A stretch of 64,000 nt of DNA. It comes from Takifugu flavidus. Its lineage: Eukaryota. The position numbers and the translations under genes are program-made. The stretch spans positions 9,589,991 through 9,653,990 of the forward strand of contig NC_079534.1 of the NCBI RefSeq assembly GCF_003711565.1, in the 5' to 3' direction. The notes beneath the pieces are model-generated. The model did no database searches. It was not told where the DNA came from and worked only from the letters and a program-made list of their open reading frames with translations. Positions 37,671 through 48,100 of this stretch are shown here, one piece after another. The stretch's first letter is position 1. Every line of letters begins with the position of its first letter.

Positions 37671-37941
37671 ACTGGATCTTATCTCAAAATCCAGCCGTGC
37701 GGTCACCTCGGCTTTTGCTTTCACCAGTAGCTGTGCCAATCCAGTCCTGTACACCTTTGCTGGAAAGTCTTACATCAAACAGAACGGCGTTGCATTTATG
37801 GCTCGACTCTTTGAGGGAACGTCATTGGACCAAACAGGAAACAAAATGAGTCGGCTCATGAGAAAAGACAATATAGGAAACAGTATTCACTCGTCAAATT
37901 GCTCAACAATTCCTGTTTCACTCAAAGGAGTTGATCTGTGA
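37671..37941 (+). CDS. ltb4r: ltb4r-like GPCR terminal exon encoding TM7 and helix 8 (AVTSAFAFTSSCANPVLYTFAGKSYIKQNGVAFMARLFEGT...GVDL*)
   Basis: NPxxY motif present. Matches BLT1 NPVLYACAGG...KLLEGT. Acceptor ttttggcag at 37670, stop TGA at 37939-37941. The reading frame is incompatible with the strong donor at 37289 (see findings). Confidence 0.65.
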
Positions 37942-38439
37942 ATTAAAATGTAATTGTAAATTATGTTTTCCAAGAATTATGAGTGAACTTTTTAAAAAGT
38001 ACCACTTAAGGGATGTCAGTAGTGTAAATAGTGTTGAAGCTGGCCTGAAGGTCAGCAGTGTAAGTGCACTGTAGCTGAAGAGTGGTCGAACTGAATTGTT
38101 TATATTCTATAACTGTCAGTAGCATTCGAGCATTGAGAAATTCTTCATTTGGTCCTTTGGGAACCACGTCTTTTGCTCATATTGATTCAACAACTCTTAT
38201 AACATATCAGTTTGTGTGACACCTTCATACACCATTCCTGACTCTAATAATTATTGCTTTGTTTGAATATGTAAAAAAGGGTAGCAACTTTGCACCACTG
38301 ATATCAAGATATAGTTGGACTTAATCTGAGTATTCTGACTAACTACAGTATATTGCCTCTCAAGGCAACATCTGCAACTGAACTGCTCATGGTTCCATTC
38401 ATCTTAAATATTTGTTAAGATGAACTAAAACATGGAGGT

Positions 38440-38506
38440 TGTATGACATACACATATATATATATATACACACACAAACACACACACATATATATACTGT
38501 ATATAT
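38440..38506. repeat. (CA)n/(TA)n compound microsatellite flanking the Tc1 left end
   Basis: acatacacatatatatatatatacacacacaaacacacacacatatatatactgtatata. Confidence 0.9.
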
Positions 38507-40091
38507 ACAGTGCCTTGCGAAAGTATTCGGCCCCCTTGAACCTTGCAACCTTTCGCCACATTTCAGGCTTCAAACATAAAGATATAAAATTTAAATTTTT
38601 TGTCAAGAAACAACAACAAGTGGGACACAATCGTGAAGTGGAACGAAATTTATTGAATAATTTAAACTTTTTTAACAAATAAAAAACTGAAAAGTGGGGC
38701 GTGCAATATTATTTGGCCCCCTTGCGTTAAAACTTTGTAGCGCCACCTTTTGCTCCAATTACAGCTGCAAGTCGCTTGGGGTATGTTTCTATCAGTTTTG
38801 CACATCGAGAGACTGAAATTCTTGCCCATTCTTCCTTGCAAAACAGCTCGAGCTCAGTGAGGTTGGATGGAGAGCATTTGTGAACAGCAGTCTTCAGCTC
38901 TTTCCACAGATTCTCAATTGGATTCAGGTCTGGAATTTGACTTGGCCATTCTAACACCTGGATACGTTTATTTGTGAACCATTCCATTGTAGATTTGGCT
39001 TTATGTTTTGGATAATTGTCCTGTTGGAAGATAAATCTCCGTCCCAGTCTCAGGTCTTGTGCAGACTCCAACAGGTTTTCTTCCAGAATGGTCCTGTATT
39101 TGGCTCCATCCATCTTCCAATCAATTTTAACCATCTTCCCTGTCCCTGCTGAAGAAAAGCAGGCCCAAACCATGATGCTGCCACCACCATGTTTGACAGT
39201 GGGGATGGTGAGTTCAGGGTGATGAGCTGTGTTGCTTTTACGCCAAACATATCGTTTTGCATTGTGGCCAAAAAGCTCGATTTTGGTTTCATCTGACCAG
39301 AGCACCTTCTTCCACATGTTTGGTGTGTCTCCCAGGTGGCTTGTGGCAAACTTTAAACGAGACTTTTTATGGATATCTTTGAGAAATGGCTTTCTTCTTG
39401 CCACTCTTCCATAAAGGCCAGATTTGTGCAGTGATTGTTGAAGGACGACTGATTGTTGTCCTATGGACAGACTCTCCCACCTCAGCTGTAGATCGCTGCA
39501 GTTCATCCAGAGTGATCATGGGCCTCTTGGCTGCATCTCTGATCAGTTTTCTCCTTGTTCGAGATGAAAGTTTGGAGGGACGGCCGGGTCTTGGTAGATT
39601 TGCAGTGGTCTGATACTCCTTCCATTTCAATATGATTGCTTGCACAGTGCTCCTTGAGATGTTTAAAGCTTGGGAAATCTTTTTGTATCCAAATCTGGCT
39701 TTAAACTTCTCCAGAACAGTATCTCGGACCTGCCTGGTGTGTTCCTTGGTCTTCATGATGCTCTCTGCGCTTAACAGATACCCTGAGACTATCACAGAGC
39801 AGGTGGATTCTATTTATCATCAGTCATTTAGGACAACATTGGATCATTCAGAGATCCTCACTGAACTTCTGGAGTGAGTTTGCTGCACTGAAAGTAAAGG
39901 GGCCGAATAATATTGCACGCCCCACTTTTCAGTTTATTTGTTAAAAAAGTTTAAATTATTCAATAAATTTCGTTCCACTTAACGATTGTGTCCCACTTGT
40001 TTCTTGACAAAAAATTTAAATTTTATATCTTTATGTTTGAAGCCTGAAATGTGGCAAAAGGTTGCAAGGTTCAAGGGGGCCAAATACTCAT

Positions 40092-40093
<2 letters not shown>
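38507..40093 (-). mobile_element. Tc1-like DNA transposon with long terminal inverted repeats; transposase gene degraded
   Basis: Left terminal inverted repeat TACAGTGCCTTGCGAAAGTATTCGGCCCCC.... The right end (gggggccaaatact) is its reverse complement but lacks the last ~14 bp. Internal inverted repeats of about 200 bp each contain the shared string caatattatttggcccccttgcg. Confidence 0.9.
38727..39795 (-). pseudogene. Tc1 transposase, split into two overlapping ORFs by a frameshift (paired-like DNA-binding domain 39367-39795; DDE catalytic domain 38727-39506)
   Basis: ORFs translate to ...SRSTVQAIILKWKEYQTTANLPRPGRPSKLS... and ...WSDETKIELFGHNAKRYVWRK...FQQDNYPKHKAKSTMEWF...DLNPIENLW.... 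Confidence 0.85.
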
Positions 40094-40124
<31 letters not shown>

Positions 40125-40262
40125 CATATATACATATACATATATATACATACACACACACACACACACATATATATATACACATACACACACACACACA
40201 TATGTGTGTATGTATGTATACACACACACACACACACACATACATAAATATATATAAATAAA
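40094..40262. repeat. (CA)n/(TA)n compound microsatellite at the truncated Tc1 right end
   Basis: catacacacacacacacatatatatatatatacatatatacatatacatatatatacatacacacacacacacacatatatatatacacatacacacacacacacatatgtgtgtatgtatgtatacacacacacacacacacatacata. Confidence 0.9.
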
Positions 40263-42218
40263 ATACAATATTGTATGTTGATCATACAAAACATATATAT
40301 ATTCCAATATGAAAAACTTCAGTGTCTTACCATTAAGCACCCTCATTTTCAGTTATGATTTAAAAGTTGTGAAATCAAGACTCCATACAATGAAAACTGA
40401 ATACTTTAATATATTCAGACAAAAAAAACCAAACATGTGAAACACATTTTAACAGTGTATATTTTAAAAATCTTGTCAAGTTTGCAAATCCAGCAGCTTT
40501 ATTTTGTGAATACGCTTGAAACCCACTTTGTGATCCATAGGCTACCTGTAAGAACAAAAGATAACACGCAAGATTTGGAATTTAGTTCATCAATGACAAA
40601 ACTAAAACGATATTGAGCACTGCTATGAAACCAATGTCAGTCCCCATGTTAAGTGATACACACCTCAAAATCCAATGCCTCTATGCTGTCAGGTTCTCCA
40701 TTCCTAAAAGGGAGCACACTGTTTAGTGTAAATTGCATTATAATAGGTTCTTCATAATTGTGTCTTGTCAAACCCCATCAGTGCAGTGAAGTTATAATCA
40801 CGAGTTTCAGGTGAAACACGGACACATGCAACTCATCATTAAGGTTTGACACTGGCTGAAAAACAATCCCAATATAGTTTCATCATTACCACCAAGAGTG
40901 CACCCACAGCTTCAATTCAAATGATCTATGGGGATGCAGCACTTTATTGTATAGTAGCTTCAAAGATACAATTTTTAGAGTACTTACTGAATTCTGGCGT
41001 CAAATCGTATAATTACAAAAATATGTAAAACCACACGAAATATACGAAAGTTAAAGGTGATTAAAAATATTGCCTAATAAAACTTGCGAGGTTCGCCGAT
41101 TGATTAGGTTTAGTAATTAAGACAACCTTTATAAAAAATAAAAAAAATAAAAAATAAAAGCTCTCCGGCTCTTTATAATTTTGGGCATGTCCACTGACCA
41201 CGAGGTCGACAAGATGGGCATTAACAAGCTAACAAAGAAGGGTTAAGAAAACAACCAGAAGAAGAAAGTACATGCATATTAATGTGAACCATGGACATTA
41301 TCTACTTACCCAGAACTCGAGGTTATACCTTCAAACAATCAGTTCGAACGCTGGTGTGTATAACTCAGTGCACCACCATTTAACACACCATCACAGTCAG
41401 GAAGAAGGGAAATTGAAGAGAACGAAGCTTAATTTATTTCTAAAACCACGTGATCACTGCTTTCGTCACCCACCAATCGTGTGGTTTCCGGGTTGTTTGT
41501 CAGTCCTAAAAAACTATGTATGCGGTATAAAACCCAAAAATAATTATTTAAATACAACTGTTTTTTCGTCATCTCACAATATTGTGAATTAGCACAAAAT
41601 GTGAATTATGCAATATTATGTAACTGTTTTTACTTTGAAAGGAAAACCCAGAAAAAGAAAATTGCTGACAATTGTATTGGCTATAATAGGGCCATAGATA
41701 ATAGAGCCTTACAAAAAAGTAAATTTAAAGAAACCCCAGCAATTTCAGTGTATTTAGCACATTTTAAAAAAAAACAGATTGCTAGTATGATGATCAACTA
41801 TATGATGAGACAATAGTTAGACATTAACCGTCATTTAACCTTCTAAATAAAATCAGTCACAATTGATTTTTTTCTTTATTTCATTTTGTTCTTTAGTTTA
41901 GTGTGTAATTTAAAAAACCAAACAAACCTAGTAGATTTTAGTACGTAGAATATTTTGTTCCGCACTCCAGTCTAGACGGGGGCGGTATTTCACTTAGAGT
42001 GCCACCCGCCATAAATAATAGGAAGGAAGAAGTTAACTGTTAACGCCAGAAGAAGAAGTCGACAAGGTCGTCCTACGGAACAATAATTACAGCAGCCCTG
42101 GTTGCTCGGTTAAATGGCTGCCTGTCACTTCAGGGGTTAACTAGACTCGTCGCGGCGCTGCTAGAACGACGATATTGTTGTGACAGACTAATCTAAGGCT
42201 CGATACTAACAAGACACG

Positions 42219-42234
42219 ATGAGGTTTTTAATAG
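42219..42234 (+). CDS. sdr39u1: sdr39u1 exon 1 coding part (MRFLI)
   Basis: ATG at 42219, donor ATAG|GTATTT. Joins the next exon to give MRFLIGGGSGFVG, matching human MRVLVGGGTGFIG. CpG-rich sequence lies upstream at 42000-42180. Confidence 0.75.
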
Positions 42235-43012
42235 GTATTTTGAGTTATGCAATCCAATTTGTTCATAAATGTTAACCAGAAATATATATCAACTGCAATA
42301 GCTATAGCATGTGAATTCGTAATTAGTTGAATCAGTAAACGTTTGAAAGTTTCTTCCAGAAAACTGCGTTTAAAGCGGGATAGCTTTGTTAATGCTCAAA
42401 GCATTTCTATAATTGTTGTGGCACAGCGATGTTTGCAAAAGTAACGCACCTTCGTTTTGTAAGCATGTGACCCACATAGATTAAGCTGACAGGCGACAGG
42501 CAAATTCTGATTTTTTTTCCCCTTCAACGTGATTGTTCATATGAATTAAAAACTTAAATCCTATGTTTAAGCTTTTGAGCTGCTGCAAACGTCCAATTTT
42601 CCCTCAGTGGGATCGAATAAAGTAAATCTTTAATTTTTTATTTTTTTTTCTTTAGTAGGAACAGCTCAAAGGGCATATTCCAGTTTAAAGACCACTTTTA
42701 GTCATTGTTAAGAAAAATAATTCGGGAGCATGTACTAAATTACAAAACTTTAATTTAGAAATGAGAGGCCTTTAGTGAGAGTTAACCACTCTAACCAAAT
42801 CAAGGCCATTGTGATATTTGTGTTTTTGCCTCCAATTTAGTCCGGCAGTCTTATTTGTCTTTACACTTAATTTAATCTTGTGAAATATGGGCAAAATATG
42901 TTTTGCACTTGTCTTGTTTGTACGGGTAGCTGTCACACTCAATATGTAATATGCAATATGTAATTCTGCTGTTTTTGTGTACATTTGTGTCTGGTGTTTT
43001 TCTTACTTACAG

Positions 43013-43119
43013 GAGGGGGATCAGGATTTGTAGGCAGAGAGCTGATGTGCTTACTGAAAAACAAAGGCCATGAGGTGACTGTGATATCTCGACAGCCTGG
43101 TCCAGGGAAAATAACATGG
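43013..43119 (+). CDS. sdr39u1: sdr39u1 exon 2 (GGGSGFVGRELMCLLKNKGHEVTVISRQPGPGKITW)
   Basis: Rossmann GxGxxG motif. Matches human GTGFIGTALTQLLNARGHEVTLVSRKPGPGRITW. Acceptor cttacttacag, donor gtatga. Confidence 0.9.
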
Positions 43120-43302
43120 GTATGATGAAGAGGTTGATTCCTCAGCTTTGGGAATTTTTAATTCATTCACAGTGAGACCTCTTCATTTATTTCATTACAT
43201 TTATTGTTATTATAATTCCGGAATCACTTTTTCTTTGCTTTTCCTCCAAATAATGAGCAATTTATGAATACCTAAACCTTTTTCAACAACTTCTCTGTTT
43301 AG

Positions 43303-43385
43303 GATGAGTTGGAGTTGAACGGCCTTCCACATTGTGAGGGGGTCATCAACTTGGCAGGAGAAAATCTGATGAACCCACTGAGATG
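43303..43385 (+). CDS. sdr39u1: sdr39u1 exon 3 (DELELNGLPHCEGVINLAGENLMNPLR)
   Basis: Matches human DELAASGLPSCDAAVNLAGENILNPLRR. The exon ends at a GC donor (ATG|GCAAGT at 43386). Confidence 0.85.
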
Positions 43386-43733
43386 GCAAGTGTTAAATAA
43401 AGCCTTTGTCTAAGTCCATTAGATAGTTGCAACTACTTTAAATAACACTAGAAAGTCCTGCCTGATTTTTAAGATTTTCACTGATCCCTATTAAGTAACT
43501 GATTAGAAACTTGTTTGGAGAGGCTGTGTGTAAATTAAAACACCATTTGGCTCTCTTGGGGAATATTTTTGGCTTGTGGATTAAACTAGCTATTTGAGGA
43601 TGTCATTTTTGACATCTTTCCATTTTCTGACATTTTATTGCCCAAATAACAAATTCTGAATACAACAAAAGTGAAGATGCAGAACTATCAAATATATTAA
43701 AGAACCGATTTCTCGTCTTATTTTTGGTCTTAG

Positions 43734-43855
43734 GTGGAATGAAGGCTACAAAAAGGATTTATTTTCCAGTCGCATCAATACTACAAAAAGTCTGGCTCAA
43801 GCTATTGCAGGGTCTCCCAGTCCACCTTGCTCCTGGGTCCTGGTAACAGGTGTAG
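43734..43855 (+). CDS. sdr39u1: sdr39u1 exon 4 (WNEGYKKDLFSSRINTTKSLAQAIAGSPSPPCSWVLVTGV)
   Basis: Matches human WNETFQKEVIGSRLETTQLLAKAITKAPQPPKAWVLVTGV. Acceptor ttggtcttag, donor gtatgt. Confidence 0.9.
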
Positions 43856-43980
43856 GTATGTAGTAGTTACGCATAATAATAACACAGGCTCTCTGATGTA
43901 GCTGTAACTGTAGCTGCAGCATCAAATAACACAAACTTAAAGATGATAAAGTGAGACCTCTCTGTGTTATTGTGGATCAG

Positions 43981-44133
43981 CTTGTTACAAGCCCAGTCTG
44001 ACAGCTGAGTATTCAGAAGACAGCAAATGGACACCATTTGATCTTCTCTCAAAACTTGTGAAAGAGTGGGAGGCTTCTGCACTTCTTCAAGAGAATATGG
44101 CAAAAACCACCAGACAGTTCATCATCAGACCTG
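43981..44133 (+). CDS. sdr39u1: sdr39u1 exon 5 (CYKPSLTAEYSEDSKWTPFDLLSKLVKEWEASALLQENMAKTTRQFIIRP)
   Basis: Matches human AYYQPSLTAEYDEDSPGGDFDFFSNLVTKWEAAARLPGDSTRQVVVRSG. Acceptor gatcag, donor gtatgt. Confidence 0.9.
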
Positions 44134-44968
44134 GTATGTCCAAACAATGGATTTTATGGTACATTGAACAAACATTACCAGTTAAGTCAGAAAAGGAGAT
44201 GTTGTGTATCAAAGAATTTGATATTTTAAGAAATGTGAAAAAGTTGTCTGTGTAAAACAATGTCATACTAAGTCACCCAGATTTTTATTTGTAAATCTTG
44301 TAAATAGCTTTAATTTCACAAGCTGAAAAGATGAATTGGCATACACAGTTTTTGTACATCCTTGTACCTACCTCTCTTGAAGCATACACACAGTTGTAAG
44401 TTTGGATCAACATTGGCAGAACTTCTTTAAGAAGAAAACACATCTGAACACAGTGCGCGAATGCTGTTTATAGATTTCAGTTTCATCATTCAATCGAATC
44501 ATGCCCCTCTGGCTCATTCTAAAGATCATTCAGCTGGGGCTGAACCCTGCCTTTTGCAATCAGGAAAACACAGATAATATGACAACAGGAGTTCCACAAG
44601 GTTGACAGCATCACAGAATCACTCACCTTGCTCATTAACTCCACATCACTGGCCAAGAAAGCCAACACCTCAAGTTCACCTCAGGTTCCTCCGCAAGTTG
44701 AAAAAAGCTTGAGCTCCGCCCCAATTGTAATTTGCAATATTCATATGCACTTAAATCGGTTATGTGTGTTATTTTTATTTACTTTAGTTTGTTTACATGA
44801 TTTTACCCTATTTTGCACGCTCTTTTTTGTGATTTGGATTAATTTTTTAGAAACTGCAAGAAATATCCAAGGCTGAAAGGAATAAAATAACGTTCTCACA
44901 GGCCACAGAGCGGAATATGTAATAACCTTGACTCTGGCTGCTAAATATGCTAAATTTCTTGCCACCAG

Positions 44969-45396
44969 GTGTAGTTCTCGGCCGTGATGGTGGTGCCATG
45001 AAGCAAATGCTGCTGCCTTTCTGGCTTGGCCTTGGTGGAACTTTGGGCTCAGGACGCCAACCATTTCCCTGGATCCACATCTCAGATCTAGCAGGAATTA
45101 TTGCCCACGCCCTTGAACACCCTGGAGACGTTGCCTCCTCCTCTCCACAAGTTTTTAATGGAGTAGCGCCTGTACTGAACACCAATTATGAGTTCACCAA
45201 AGAGCTGGGCAGAATAATGAGGAGACCAACCATTCTCCCTGTGCCTGGCTTCTTTGTTAAAGCTCTAATGGGCTCTGAGCGGGCCATGGTCCTCACACAG
45301 GGCCAGAAAGTCATACCAAAGAGGACACAAGAGTCCGGATATCACTACAAATACCCAGACTTGACCTCAGCCCTTATCGAAATTGTAGGGGATTAA
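44969..45396 (+). CDS. sdr39u1: sdr39u1 terminal exon (VVLGRDGGAMKQMLLPFWLGLGGTLGSGRQPFPWIHISDLAGIIAHALE...ALIEIVGD*)
   Basis: Matches human [50 protein letters not shown]. Acceptor gccaccag, stop TAA at 45394-45396. Confidence 0.92.
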
Positions 45397-45769
45397 CAGA
45401 TATTTAATTTTACTGTCATGTAGTACTGTACTCGAATGTCAAGCCCACCAGTACCAGTGCTCTAGGAGAATGTGTTTTTAAAAAAAATCTTCAACCACTT
45501 TGAAACATACACAGAATCGTAATGCAGTTGACTCAAATGGAAAATGTATCAAAAATCAGAACTTGATTTTTTTTGCACTTAGTGTTTAGCTGACTATTAT
45601 TTTGTTCTTTACTTTGCCCAAATTAATATTTAATGCAGAAGTTTCTTTTCACAAGTTTTAAGAAAGAATTTCAGGCTGAAATTGATTAATAGTTACAAAA
45701 AAATCTAAGGCACTCTGTCTTTTAAAAGGACAGATTATAATAAGAGTATTATAAAAATCCTGCCTTTTG

Positions 45770-45960
45770 AATCAAATCAAATCAATCTTTATTTATATAG
45801 TGTCTTATACAATCAAAATTGTTTCAAGGCGCTTTCCAGAATCCCAGGGCCTGACCCCAGACAAGCAACAGTGGCAAGGAAAAACTCCCCTTTAACAGGA
45901 AGAAACCTTGAGCAGGACCAGGCTCATGTAGGGGGACCCTCCTGCTGATGGCCGGCTGGG
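45770..45960 (+). repeat. Interspersed repeat family B, copy 3
   Basis: aatctttatttatatagtgtcttatacaatcaaaattgtttcaaggcgctttccagaatcccagggcctgaccccagacaagcaac...ctgctgatggccggctggg. Confidence 0.7.
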
Positions 45961-46150
45961 TAAAGAGAGAGGAGAAGGGGGAGGACAGGTAGAGGATAGA
46001 ATAGGTAGGAGAGGAGAGGAAAGGAGAGGGGTAGAGGAGAGGAGAGGAAAGGAGAGGGGTAGAGGAGAGGAGAAGTAGAGTGAAGGGGAGGTAGAGGAGA
46101 GGAGAAGGAGGAGGAGGGGAAAGAGGAGAGGAAGGGAGAGGAGAGGGAGA
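45960..46150. repeat. (GGAGA)n/(GGAGAG)n simple repeat adjoining repeat B copy 3
   Basis: gagaggagaagggggaggacaggtagaggatag...(ggagaggagaggaaa)n. Confidence 0.85.
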
Positions 46151-46289
46151 GTGGGGTGTGTCGTGGAATTTTTAGCCGTTTTGAGAAGTAAACAATGAAT
46201 CTAAGTAACTGCGTAGGAGATGGTTTTATTCCAGTCAGTCGGTCAGGATACACACACAGAAGCATGCGGAGAGATCTCTATTAAGTGTT

Positions 46290-46480
46290 TACAGTTCTGA
46301 TCTTATATAGCCGAAGGCCCGCCTCTGAGGCGCGGACACAGGACGTCTTCACAGCATGTGTGTGCTGCATGCACAGGACACAGGACGTCAACACAGTAGG
46401 TGCACGCTGCATGCACCACAGGTGTTTGGTGCCTTCACAGCATGTGTTCCGGCTGGCGCAAGAAGTTGAATGACTGAGAA
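46290..46480. repeat. Tandem duplication of a roughly 45-bp unit (acaggacgtc..cacag.a.gtg..c.ctgcatgcac)
   Basis: Two to three imperfect tandem units are visible by eye. Confidence 0.6.
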
Positions 46481-46559
46481 TGTCCCCCCCTCAGTTGTTT
46501 GACGCCGGTCTCCTTTGAACCTTTGTTTCTTACAAATGCATGAGGTGGCAAACGGACTT

Positions 46560-46690
46560 CATCTGCTCTCCTAAATTTCCATTTCAACCCTTCCTTTTGC
46601 ACTCAATTTACATTTCACAATAAAATTCCATTTCAATTTTCTCCTTTTGCACTCAATTTACATTTCACAATAAAATTCCATTTCAATTGC
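46560..46690. repeat. Tandem repeat, 2 x ~57 bp (ccttttgcactcaatttacatttcacaataaaattccatttcaatt)
   Basis: Near-perfect direct duplication. Confidence 0.85.
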
Positions 46691-47269
46691 TATCCTCCAA
46701 CCAGCTAATTAACCCAAAAACACACGCAAAGCTTTCCTGAGCCTTGAAACAGTCTCTCAGTCTCGTTCGGTTGGCAAAACAATGACGAGAGAGACTGCTG
46801 CCTGGACACTTGTCAAGATAATAGTGAGACAAAGCCCAATTTAAGAACATGAAAGAGATTCACAGGACTACAGCTGAAGTCAGAAGAGACAACATTAGGT
46901 GTTTTTTACCTGGATGAGGACAAAAGGTACTGGACTGTTGCTCAGTGGTCCAAAGTCCTTTTTTCACATGAAAGTATATTTTGCATTTCATTTGGAAATC
47001 AAGGTTCCAGAGGCTCAAGTAAGTAGAGAATCTCTGGTGGTGACGAGGAAGAGGTGAGATACCTGAACGAACAATGCAAATGAACTGATGGCCCAACATG
47101 CACCTTGTTGATTTGGAACGCACAAGCAATCTTGACCATATGGTAATACTGCCAAATTATCAACAGCACTGTTTGACTTTATTGAAATAGACTTAAACAA
47201 CTATATGCTGCAATACTATGTTTTAAATTCCACTTTCTCTGAATAACTGGACTACTTATGTTTTCCATC

Positions 47270-47740
47270 CATCCATCCTCTACCGCTTATCCGGGGTCAG
47301 ATCACGGGAAGAAGAGAAGCCCAGACTTCCCTCTCCCCAGCTACTTCTTCAGCTCATTCGGGGGGATCCCCAGGTGTTCCTCACCAGAAACGAGTTTGAC
47401 TTAACGCCAGCAATGTGGACCAAACTGTGACACCGATCGTACAGGGAACGGACGGCCCGTATCAGTGGGCCCGACACCCCATACTCTCAGAGGACCCCCC
47501 ACAGGACCCCCCGAGGGACACGGTCGAATGCCTTCTCCAAGTCCACAAAACACATGTGGACTGGTTGGGCTAACTCCCATGCACCCTCGAAGACCCTGCT
47601 GAGGGTGTAGAGCTGGTCCACTGTTCACGCCCAGGACGAAAACCACATTGCTCCTCCTGAATCCGAGGTTCGACTATCCGGCGGACCCTCCTCTCCAGTA
47701 CCCCTGAATAGAACTTACCAGGGAGGCTGAGGAGTGTTAT
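47270..47740. mobile_element. Internally deleted fragment of a widespread teleost retroelement-derived repeat
   Basis: Begins ccatccatcctctaccgcttatccggggtc... and continues ...gacacggtcgaatgccttctccaagtccacaaaacacatgtggactggttgggc...ccagtacccctgaatagaac. Confidence 0.6.
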
Positions 47741-48006
47741 GTTATGTACTTATGTTTTGATTAGAAATTTCAAATATTTAGAAAAATTAATATAATGGTA
47801 ATTAAATGTACCCAGTAAAAGTACGGTAGTTCATATTATGATAGTAGTAGTCAACCATGTAGTGACTGCAATCATATAAGTTTGATTACAAGAAATCTTT
47901 TATTAAATTTCCAGTATCCAGCAGTCACATTTTCAATAATACAGGCACTTTAAAAGTGCCCATAATTTTAAAGTACGTTCTTGTTTTCAGCCTTCTTTTA
48001 AATGTA

Positions 48007-48100
48007 TCACTCTGAATCTGTCTGGATGTCACTGTCGTCTTTTGGAATGATTGGCACCCGGTCTCCCCAGTCACTGCTGCGTGCACATCGGTACACATCT
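48007..48100 (-). CDS. mettl17: mettl17 terminal coding exon (DVYRCARSSDWGDRVPIIPKDDSDIQTDSE*)
   Basis: Matches human [21 protein letters not shown]. Acceptor tcatttcag, stop TGA at 48009-48007. Confidence 0.75.

Noticed and set aside
39979-40346. Several 60-90-aa ORFs rich in CV/YI/HT
   Set aside because: Translations of the (CA)n(TA)n microsatellite next to the Tc1 element.
41040-41240. Possible minus-strand first exon opposite the sdr39u1 promoter
   Set aside because: No convincing ORF or splice-site pairing was found; AT-rich.
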